Origin: Bacteroidia bacterium
Lineage (GTDB): Bacteria > Bacteroidota > Bacteroidia > Bacteroidales > VadinHA17
DNA length: 64,000 nucleotides
Direction: 5' to 3'
Assembly (NCBI GenBank): GCA_026391475.1
Contig: JAPLED010000087.1
Coordinates: 31,744 to 95,743 of the forward strand
Shown here: piece by piece, positions 8,501-16,068 of the stretch
Numbering within the stretch: position 1 is the first letter of the stretch
How the letters are laid out: each line of letters starts with the position of its first letter
The notes under the pieces: model-generated
What the model was told of the DNA's origin: nothing
The model's database searches: none
Seen by the model: only the letters and a program-made list of their open reading frames with translations
Position numbers and translations under genes: made by a program

Positions 8501-10299
8501 TTTGCTTCCTCGATTCTGCTCACGATATCTTCTTTTTCCGGTACTCCACTAAGTCTTTGTTCAATTTGGGTAACGAATGCATCTGTTTTTTCAAGTGTCG
8601 ATCCGGAAGGCATTGTAACTGAAAGTCTGAAACTCGGAGTCTCAACTTCCTTTGTTGAACTGATACTTAAGGTCAGGCTGATAAGAAGTGCAGCGAAGAA
8701 CACAACGAGTGTGCCTATTATAGTACCTGCCGGGTTCCTCATACTGGCTTTGAGGGTAAGATAATAGGCCTGAATAAGCCGGTTATGTATCGAAAGCTTT
8801 TTAAAGATTCCTAAATCGGATCCCTTCGCTAATTTAAGAATAAAATGCGTTGCCATAGGGATAAAAAGAAGAGCAACGACCAATGAAATGACCAGGGTTG
8901 AGATTATAGAAACGCCAATATTCTTACCGATAATTTTGATCATGAAGTTGTCCGAGAAAATAAAGGGCAGGAAAACGGTTATAGTCGTAAGAGTTGCTGC
9001 AAAGATTGATCTCCATACCTCACTGGTTCCCTGCTTAACAGCAGTATCAATATCCTTTCCCTGACTTACAAGCCGGTAAATATTCTCAAGGACAACCACC
9101 GAATTGTCGACAAGCATACCAATGGCAAGAGCCATTCCAACAAGTGTAAGGCTGTTTATTGAGATATTATATGCATAGAAAAAGTTAAAGGCTGCATAAA
9201 CCGAGATAGGAATTGAAAGTGCAATTATAAAAACCAACCGGATATTACGTAAAAAGAACCACAATATAAGTACTGCAAGTATTCCTCCGATGACAGCCAG
9301 ATGAATTATCTCGTTTAAGTTGTTCTCCATGATTTCGGCATTATTGTTCTGGACAACTATTTCCACGCCTTCAGATTTCAGATTGTCGTTCAGCGTTTTA
9401 ACCACATTAAGGGTTTTGTGGGAAAGGTCGATCAGGTTAGCCTGATTATCATTTATAAGTGTAACTGTCACTGCATCGAGCCCATTGACCCGGCTATAGG
9501 AAGTTTGCTCTTTGACTCCAAAAATAATATCGGCAATGTCTTTCAGAGTCACAGACCCGTTTTGTTTTACAATAATATTTCCAATTTCGTTAACGTCAGT
9601 ATATTCAGATGTCACATTAACAAAAAGTTTATTGGTTCCTTCCTTCACCGATCCGACAAAGGTTTTATCCTTACCATTGTTGTTCAGAAGGTTTGTGACC
9701 TGTGCCATGGAAATCCCATATGCTTTGCAGGCTTTTTCATTAAGTCTGACCTCAATAGATTTTGCCTGACCACCGTACACCTGAACACCTGCTATACCAG
9801 TAATATTTTCAAGTTCAGGTGATATTTCCTTATCCGTTATGTTACGGATCCTGTCTATTCCTCCTTCACCTCTGATCTGTAATTCCATGAACTGGCTTGC
9901 AATCTGTGTGATATCAATTTTTACAACAGTAATTCTGAACTCAGCAGGCAACGTTGTTTTCACCAGGTTTATCTTTTCCTGCAGCTTCAGATTTGCATAT
10001 TTCATATTGGCATTCTGATTGTAATAAAGGATTATCGTCCCGGAACGGGAAGTAATGTTTGATTCAATCTTTTCAATGCCTTCAAGAGTACCAATAGCAC
10101 CTTCCAGGGGAATTATTGCCTGGTTTTCAATATAATTAGGATCTAACTCAAGAGGAGTAGAAACCTGAACAATGAGAGTCGGAAGTTGAGAATTAGGAAA
10201 AAGTTCAATCGGGAGTCTCTTATAGGAAATATAACCAAGCATTGTAAGCCCGATAAAGACCATACAGATCAGCACCTTTCTCTTTATAATGAAATTCAT
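5551..10299 (-). CDS. Fusion protein: RND (AcrB/HAE-type) efflux permease, about six extra TM helices, and a C-terminal ABC transporter ATP-binding domain
   Basis: Residues 1 to about 1040 are collinear with the neighbouring 1040-aa RND permease. They share the N-terminal TM, two large periplasmic loops, and motifs such as LVGMALAIGMLVDNSVVVLENI and VVNNGILLIDY. The C-terminal ~290 residues carry Walker A GPNGAGKTT, Q-loop LPQEF, signature SGGMKQR, Walker B ILVVDEPTAGLD and H-loop STHII. One uninterrupted 4749-nt frame. Confidence 0.85.
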   Translation of the reverse strand: MNFIIKRKVLICMVFIGLTMLGYISYKRLPIELFPNSQLPTLIVQVSTPLELDPNYIENQAIIPLEGAIGTLEGIEKIESNITSRSGTIILYYNQNANMKYANLKLQEKINLVKTTLPAEFRITVVKIDITQIASQFMELQIRGEGGIDRIRNITDKEISPELENITGIAGVQVYGGQAKSIEVRLNEKACKAYGISMAQVTNLLNNNGKDKTFVGSVKEGTNKLFVNVTSEYTDVNEIGNIIVKQNGSVTLKDIADIIFGVKEQTSYSRVNGLDAVTVTLINDNQANLIDLSHKTLNVVKTLNDNLKSEGVEIVVQNNNAEIMENNLNEIIHLAVIGGILAVLILWFFLRNIRLVFIIALSIPISVYAAFNFFYAYNISINSLTLVGMALAIGMLVDNSVVVLENIYRLVSQGKDIDTAVKQGTSEVWRSIFAATLTTITVFLPFIFSDNFMIKIIGKNIGVSIISTLVISLVVALLFIPMATHFILKLAKGSDLGIFKKLSIHNRLIQAYYLTLKASMRNPAGTIIGTLVVFFAALLISLTLSISSTKEVETPSFRLSVTMPSGSTLEKTDAFVTQIEQRLSGVPEKEDIVSRIEEAKATLTVNLAKKWDKSSKRTLPEIKNDILEKVRNMRTGEITMNEISSGGGYSGSGGGGGGAVNPGANFMNLLGMGTTSESVIIKGQNFEQMKNLSDDIKAAIQDLSTISSVNVNVQDNTPEVHLKFDMDYIGRNNFTLNNISSALSTFGREYSSGATFLQGTESYDITLKYTDESGQIKVNTNKTIDDLKHLEVTSSNSNLMEMQELSNVVFSSGMGNIHRENREKKITVTYSFNSDITSSKDLLEGARTEIESIVSDINIPSGIAVEVVHEEDPLKDFYYLIGMAFLLIYMILASVFESLSTPVVLMFSIPLAALGSLIALILTNNSLLNANTLIGFLILLGVVVNNGILLIDYTNILRKRGNRRSRALMTAGIARVRPILITASTTVIALFPLAMGKSEFVATIGAAFAITVIGGLTLSTMLTLIFIPTFYSGLENSLQWIYSLNLKIKVIQFIVLALLILVIYTYIDQFLWKLITTILSLIIVPAATWFFINTLRKARETVISSDEPINIYVQSLVKIYDRGSRLTREWKAGLRIRERLGLEKDFSSWRDMNHLTWQIPLIGFVIYFTYFYLKSGFWIFIFSICIWFSLLGIWIPFKKLLTNFASSEKKKIYSGIVRILDALIFWIIPLGNIYLFQIRWHNIAIVLILGVLWFFGLIIYRTGIKMSSENIDIYRLEGRFKNIRKNFYKIVAAIPLIGRKKKPFKALSCVSLNIGNGMFGLLGPNGAGKTTLMRIICGILEQSYGKVWINGMDTQKKREELQGLIGYLPQEFGSYENMTAHDYLHYQAILKNITDAKIREERVTYCLNAVHMEDRRHDKISSYSGGMKQRMGIAQILLHLPRILVVDEPTAGLDPRERIRFRNLLVELSRNRVVIFSTHIIEDISSSCYQVAVLNKGILMYLGKPIDMTNEAEEHVWQFNIPVKDFASFIESHLVVHHMSEGENVRVRCISEDKPHQDAVSVTPNLEDAYLWILRKKVRTAS

Positions 10300-10331
10300 T
10301 TTATTAATTGGTCTTAGTCATCATAAGTAAA

Positions 10332-13300
10332 CTATTCATTCACTGGCTTTTTCCTGGTGATTTTGTCACTGAAGGAATCAAAAACCCAATAAACACATGG
10401 TATCACTATCAAGGTGAGGATAGTTGACGTAACCAGTCCTCCAATCACCGCAAGCGCCATCGGAGATCTGAGTGATGCACTTTCGCCGATGCCGATTGTA
10501 AGTGGAATAAGCGCAAATATTGTTGTAAGACTTGTCATTAAAATAGGTCTGATTCTCTGTGATCCTGCAGTAATTATTGAGTCTTTTTTGTTTAATCCGG
10601 TCCGGCGTAATTGGTTTATACGATCAATAAGAATAATTGCATTACTCACAGCAATCCCTCCAAGCATAATGATGCCAATGTATGCCATCATATTGAGGGT
10701 TTTTCCCAACAGGAAAAATGTCAGAATGGTACCGACTGCAGCAAGAGGTATTGTTAATAAAATAACAAAAGGTTGAATTATTGATTCAAATTCAGCTGCC
10801 AGAACCATAAATACCAGGATAATTGACAGAATCAGTGCAAATGTCAGGTTAGACATTGATTCTTTTCTCATTAGCTCTTCACCTGTTATTTGAATCCTGT
10901 AGTTAGCTGGCAATGGAACTGATTTCAGCGATTCTCTAGCATCTTTTACGATCTTGTCAAAGGGTTTGGATTTATTAACCATAGCATATATATAGCTTGT
11001 CCGGCTCTGATCTCGCCGGGTAATTTCCCTGGGGGATATAACTGTTTTGACAGTAGCTAACGAACTCAATGGTACCTTTACCGATCCTGCTGTAATCAGG
11101 AGATCTTCAAGTTGATGAAGTGAAAGATCTCCGAGCTTAATGGTTATGTCCTTCATCTCACCATCCTTTTCCATTGTGCCTGCAGTAGCGCCAGAGAGAT
11201 AACTTTGTATCTGACTGATTACATTATTTACCGAAACATTATAATAACTAGTCTTAAACCTGTCAACAGCTACTTCAACTTCCGGAGTTCCCTGGTCAAG
11301 GGAAGTTGTAATATTATAAAGACCACTGTTATTCTGAAGCACTTCTTTTGATTCATTAATTATCTTTTCAATCTCGGTAAAGTCTTTCCCTTTTACCTCA
11401 ACAACAAATGGGGCTTCGCTGGTTCCCAGAGAAGCTTGCAGCGCTGTTTCTTCCTGGGAAAAGCTTACATCAAGGTCAGGAATCGTCTTAAGGTATTTCT
11501 CAACAGTTCTGATAGCTTCTTCTGTCAGATATGCATATTCATTTTTCAGAAATACTTTAATGTTTGCAAAATTCTCATTTTTGGAAGTTGCAGATTGGGT
11601 GGTTGTATTTATATCCCCACCTGCCTGACTGTAAATCATCCTGATTTTGTCACCAAGAAGTTCATTGATAGTTCCTTCAATTTTTTGGATTGTACTTTGA
11701 GTACGTTCAAGATTTGTCCCTTCCGGAAGTTTCAATCCTACAGTAAATTCAGATGAAGATGATTTTGGCATATACTCACTTCCAAGTTTTGGTATGAGAA
11801 GTACGGTCAACCCCATAAATACAATAGACAGAATGATCACAATCAATCTCTTTTCGATGATTTTTGAAAGAAACTTTGGATACCATCTGAATTGCATTGG
11901 GCTGCTAAGTTGAACATTTTGTCCTTTCTTCTCACGAAAAAGAGTACTTACCAGCATTGGAATGACGAGCATTGCAACAAATAAAGATGAGATCAGAGCA
12001 AAAGCTACTGTCCAGGCCTGGTCTTTGAACATTTCACCGGAAGCTCCTCTTAGATACACTATAGGAAGGAAGACAACTATTGTTGTGATTGTAGAAGCCG
12101 TAATGGCTCCTCCGACCTGCCCGGTACCAATAATTGCTGCATCGCGCAATGACATTCCTTCATCTCTGTTTCTGGTAATATTTTCAAGGACAACAATTGC
12201 ATCATCAACCAGCCTGCCGGCCCCGAGCGCCAGCCCTCCCAAAGTCATTATATTTAATGTCAGGTGATTGAAATACATTAGGTTGAATGTTGCTATTATG
12301 GAAATAGGTATGGCAACACTGACCACCATTGTGGTACCTATCCTTCGGAGGAAAACATATAAAACAATCATTGCAAGGAAAATTCCAATAAGCCCGGAAT
12401 TCTTTACCTCTTTAATGGCATTGTCAATATATTTTCCCTGATCCTTTACAACTATGAATTCATATCCAGGGAGAGCTTTTGTAAGAGTGCCCAGAGCATC
12501 GTTAAGGTTGTTAACGGCGTCAACGGTATTATATTTGGGTTCTTTGTAAATTGACAGGCCTATGCAGCGTTCACCATTAAGTGTGATAATATTTTCAGGA
12601 TCTTTATTTTTATATTTTATGGTTGCAACATCGCGAAGATAAATTGGAACTTTTTCTATTGAGGTAGCGGTCGTGCCCGAAGCTGCAGTCGTACCTGCCT
12701 GGGAGGACTGTTTGAATCCGACAACTATGTTCTCAAGATCTGTTAAATTTTCCAGGACACTTACACCTTTGACCACATATTTAAGACCCAGATCAACAAT
12801 AGAACCTCCTGATACATTTTTGTTATAATTTGTTATCTGTGCAGCAATAGCGTCAGCGCTCAATCCGAAAGATTCAAGTATATATTTATTGGTTTCAATT
12901 ACAACTTCGCTCTCTTCCTGACCAGTTAGTTTCACATCAGCTATGCCTTCAATTCTGACTAGTTCGTTTCGGATATAGTTTTCTGCAACTTTCCTTAATT
13001 CATCCATGTCAGTAATTTCCTTGTTCCTCAATCCCACAATCATAACGGGTGAAGCATTAGGATCGTATTGAGAAATATTAAACTCCTGGAGGTCCGAGTT
13101 CTGACTGAATGAGTTTAATGCCTTCTGCAAGTCGAGAAATGCCTCGTCCATATCTTTGTTCCAGCTATATTCGACTGTTATCAGTGCTGAACCGACCTGG
13201 GAGACTGAGGATACCTGGATGACATCACTCTGTCGCATGGAAAGCGATTCTATCTGATCAACATAATTTTTCTCGATTTCTTCCGGTGGTTTTTCCCCGG

Positions 13301-13454
13301 CAGTGAATTCAATATATATCTTCGGATTGTTCAGGTTTGGGAAGAGATCAGTTCCCAGTTTTCCTAGAGATATAACTCCAAGAAGAATAATGCCGAGTAC
13401 CAACATTAGAACTGTAACCGGGTATTTTACAGCAAATTGGGCAATCCTGTTCAT
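10332..13454 (-). CDS. Efflux RND transporter permease subunit (AcrB/CzcA superfamily)
   Basis: 1040 aa with a 12-TM architecture and two large periplasmic loops. Conserved TM4-type motif GGLALGAGRLVDDAIVVLENI. It follows the MFP gene directly. Confidence 0.92.
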   Translation of the reverse strand: MNRIAQFAVKYPVTVLMLVLGIILLGVISLGKLGTDLFPNLNNPKIYIEFTAGEKPPEEIEKNYVDQIESLSMRQSDVIQVSSVSQVGSALITVEYSWNKDMDEAFLDLQKALNSFSQNSDLQEFNISQYDPNASPVMIVGLRNKEITDMDELRKVAENYIRNELVRIEGIADVKLTGQEESEVVIETNKYILESFGLSADAIAAQITNYNKNVSGGSIVDLGLKYVVKGVSVLENLTDLENIVVGFKQSSQAGTTAASGTTATSIEKVPIYLRDVATIKYKNKDPENIITLNGERCIGLSIYKEPKYNTVDAVNNLNDALGTLTKALPGYEFIVVKDQGKYIDNAIKEVKNSGLIGIFLAMIVLYVFLRRIGTTMVVSVAIPISIIATFNLMYFNHLTLNIMTLGGLALGAGRLVDDAIVVLENITRNRDEGMSLRDAAIIGTGQVGGAITASTITTIVVFLPIVYLRGASGEMFKDQAWTVAFALISSLFVAMLVIPMLVSTLFREKKGQNVQLSSPMQFRWYPKFLSKIIEKRLIVIILSIVFMGLTVLLIPKLGSEYMPKSSSSEFTVGLKLPEGTNLERTQSTIQKIEGTINELLGDKIRMIYSQAGGDINTTTQSATSKNENFANIKVFLKNEYAYLTEEAIRTVEKYLKTIPDLDVSFSQEETALQASLGTSEAPFVVEVKGKDFTEIEKIINESKEVLQNNSGLYNITTSLDQGTPEVEVAVDRFKTSYYNVSVNNVISQIQSYLSGATAGTMEKDGEMKDITIKLGDLSLHQLEDLLITAGSVKVPLSSLATVKTVISPREITRRDQSRTSYIYAMVNKSKPFDKIVKDARESLKSVPLPANYRIQITGEELMRKESMSNLTFALILSIILVFMVLAAEFESIIQPFVILLTIPLAAVGTILTFFLLGKTLNMMAYIGIIMLGGIAVSNAIILIDRINQLRRTGLNKKDSIITAGSQRIRPILMTSLTTIFALIPLTIGIGESASLRSPMALAVIGGLVTSTILTLIVIPCVYWVFDSFSDKITRKKPVNE

Positions 13455-13459
13455 GATTT

Positions 13460-14515
13460 TTATTTAATAATTTTAACCTTTGACCTGGTGCTTAGTGTTT
13501 CAAAACCACCGATTACGACACGGTCATTCTTTAGCAAACCTCCTGTTACCTCAACATCAGTCAGATTTTCAAGACCAGTCCGGATTATCCGTTCAGAAGC
13601 CGTCCCGCCGCGTTCGATGACGAAGATCGTTTTGCCTCTTTGCCGTGAGAGGATTATACTTTTAGGTATTACAATAACAGAGTCTTTATGGTTTATTACA
13701 ATATCAGCTTTGACATACATACCCGGCCTTAGAAGATAATTTGGATTATGGATCAGGATATTTCCCGGGAAAGTTCGTGTATCGGCATTTATCGCAGGGG
13801 ATAGTTGCGTTATATTCCCGATTATGGTGTCCTTGGGAATAGTATAATTGGTTAACTTGACTGCCTGGCCAGGTTTTATTATTGAGATATATTTTTCAGG
13901 CAACTGTACATTCATATACATCATCTGGTAATCCATTATTTCGACAATAATTGAACCTGTATTTGCCCTGGTCCCCTGGGTATAATAAGGTAAATTAACT
14001 ATGACCCCGTCGATAGGAGCAATAATCCTGGTCTTTGCCATCTGAAGCTTCGCGTTTTCCACAGCTGTTTTAGCATTCGCGTTATTAATACTTGCTGTTT
14101 TAATATCATTAAGCGTAACCCCTCCCTTTTCATATAATGATTGCTGTTTTGTGAGCTCACTCTCTGTGAGTTCGAGATTAAGCTGACTGGTTTCAAGTTT
14201 AAGAGAATTAACATATTCCTGATCCTCTAATCTGGCTATGAGATCGCCGGTTCTGACTTTATCATTCAGCTGCCATGCTTTTCCCGTATGTGGATTTTTT
14301 TCAAGAAAATAATTGGCTGTAATCTCCGATTTTACCAGAATCTCACCTATCGGATAAGCTGTTCCTGATGTGTTAACATATTCTTCAATTGACTTAAGAG
14401 TAACATCCTGCACAGAAACAGGAATTTCAACATCAGCATTAAGATTCTGATTCTGGTTCCTGCAGCTAATGGCCACGAAAACAGTTGCTAGTATTATGAA
14501 TAAACTTTTTTTCAT
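13460..14515 (-). CDS. Efflux RND transporter periplasmic adaptor (membrane fusion protein, HlyD family) lipoprotein
   Basis: 351 aa with lipobox VAISC. Coiled-coil hairpin region (LKLETSQLNLELTESELTKQQSLYEKGGVTLNDIKTA) and beta-barrel segments typical of MFPs. Confidence 0.9.
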   Translation of the reverse strand: MKKSLFIILATVFVAISCRNQNQNLNADVEIPVSVQDVTLKSIEEYVNTSGTAYPIGEILVKSEITANYFLEKNPHTGKAWQLNDKVRTGDLIARLEDQEYVNSLKLETSQLNLELTESELTKQQSLYEKGGVTLNDIKTASINNANAKTAVENAKLQMAKTRIIAPIDGVIVNLPYYTQGTRANTGSIIVEIMDYQMMYMNVQLPEKYISIIKPGQAVKLTNYTIPKDTIIGNITQLSPAINADTRTFPGNILIHNPNYLLRPGMYVKADIVINHKDSVIVIPKSIILSRQRGKTIFVIERGGTASERIIRTGLENLTDVEVTGGLLKNDRVVIGGFETLSTRSKVKIIK

Positions 14516-14528
14516 ATATGATTTATTT

Positions 14529-16022
14529 TTAATATTTTAAGGTCTTAATCGGAATGACCGGTTGTTTCTTTTCAAAGTCGTAAAGTGCCTGTATTTTAAG
14601 ATTCAGGAGTTCAAGCTTATAAGATATTAAAGAATTTGTGTAAGAAAGCTTGTTTTGCGAGAGCTGGTTCTGATAAATACTCAGATCCATACCTGTCAGG
14701 TCTCCGTTTTTATACTTTTCAAGATTTAAGTCGTAAGTTAGTTGTGCATTATTGACCGACTGACGTGCGATTTCTATCTGGTTTTGGAGATTATTAAGAC
14801 TTCTGTAACTCTGTCTTATACTTAAAATTATATCGTTCTGTTCTACCCCGAGATCAATTTTGTTTGACTCAATTGATGCTTCAGTTGACTTTATTCTTGA
14901 TTTTTTTTCTCCCCAATCCCAGAGTGGGATTTGAAAAGACAATGCGACATTTTCATTGTTTTTTGGATCTGTATAAATATCTTTAAGGTTTTTATTATTC
15001 CCGTTAATTCCAAAAGAAAGGCCAAGGTTTCCCTTGAATTCATTAAGCGCCTTAGTCTGAATAAGATCATCATATGATGTTTCAATAGCTATCTGTCTTT
15101 GCCTCAATTCCATCCTGTTTGCGAGCCCCTGATCAATAGCAAATGCTATATCGATCTTTACTGTTGTATCAACTGCTATGTTTGGTATTACAAGAATATC
15201 GTCATATAGGTTTATACCAACCATGTTCTTAAAGGCATCCTTGGAATTTTCAAAAGCCACCTGCTTGTTTTCATAATCCGACTTGGTTGTCGCAAGGTTC
15301 AACTCAGCCTGAAATATTTCTGACTGAGCTGAAATTCCTGCATTAACTTTATTCTTCGAGATTTCATAGCTTTTCTGCATATTCTGATAAGCCTGGTTTG
15401 AAATATCCAGGCTTTGTTGCTGCTGATAAACAGTGTAAAATGCCTGGGTAACACTCTTTTCCATAGACAGGAGCTGAATGGCATAGTTAATCTGAGCATT
15501 CTCAAGTGACAGTTTAAGTTCTTTAATGGTGAGCTTGGTCCTGTTATAGGTGAACAGAGGCTGATTAAGGTTAATAGAAAGATCATTATTAAATTTTATT
15601 CCTTCTTGAGTTGGGAATTGTTCATTTAAAATGGTATTGGTATAACTAAAATTGTCAGTCAGAGAAATAGTTGCATCTGTAGGTAGAATAGGCTGTTTAA
15701 TTGTAAATGAACCTGAGCTCTGTAAACTCTTTGTAGTGTTAAAACCAGAATTAGTATAATACGCCCTGTTTTGAGAATAATTTAAAGGATTTACCAATAA
15801 AGAAAAATTTGATTTTAATGCAGCATTCTGAGCATTAAGATTTTCCTGGCTCCTTATAAGGTTAAGCCTTGTTTTTAATATAGTCGGACTATTTGATTCA
15901 GCTATAGTGAGAGCTTGTTCCATTGTAAGTCCTTTTTGTGCTGATACATTGTTAAAAATAAGGTTCACCAAGAGGAAGACTGACGGATAAATCCATTTAA
16001 ATATTATGAATTTCTTTTTCAT
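14529..16022 (-). CDS. TolC-family outer membrane efflux protein
   Basis: 497 aa with a signal peptide. It has a two-fold internal repeat of long helical segments rich in N/Q/L/S, as in OEP/TolC proteins. Operon position is next to the MFP. Confidence 0.85.
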   Translation of the reverse strand: MKKKFIIFKWIYPSVFLLVNLIFNNVSAQKGLTMEQALTIAESNSPTILKTRLNLIRSQENLNAQNAALKSNFSLLVNPLNYSQNRAYYTNSGFNTTKSLQSSGSFTIKQPILPTDATISLTDNFSYTNTILNEQFPTQEGIKFNNDLSINLNQPLFTYNRTKLTIKELKLSLENAQINYAIQLLSMEKSVTQAFYTVYQQQQSLDISNQAYQNMQKSYEISKNKVNAGISAQSEIFQAELNLATTKSDYENKQVAFENSKDAFKNMVGINLYDDILVIPNIAVDTTVKIDIAFAIDQGLANRMELRQRQIAIETSYDDLIQTKALNEFKGNLGLSFGINGNNKNLKDIYTDPKNNENVALSFQIPLWDWGEKKSRIKSTEASIESNKIDLGVEQNDIILSIRQSYRSLNNLQNQIEIARQSVNNAQLTYDLNLEKYKNGDLTGMDLSIYQNQLSQNKLSYTNSLISYKLELLNLKIQALYDFEKKQPVIPIKTLKY

Positions 16023-16068
16023 TGTAAAATGTATTATATCTAACTTTTAACTTTCTACTTTTTACTTT

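Noticed and set aside
5551-10299. The idea that the 1582-aa RND-ABC ORF is merely two genes joined by a sequencing error or a pseudogene
   Set aside because: Not fully excluded, but disfavoured. The junction is not a short linker. It is about 230 codons encoding an even number of TM helices, which keeps the NBD cytoplasmic. All NBD catalytic motifs are intact and there is no frame disruption. It needs read-level confirmation.
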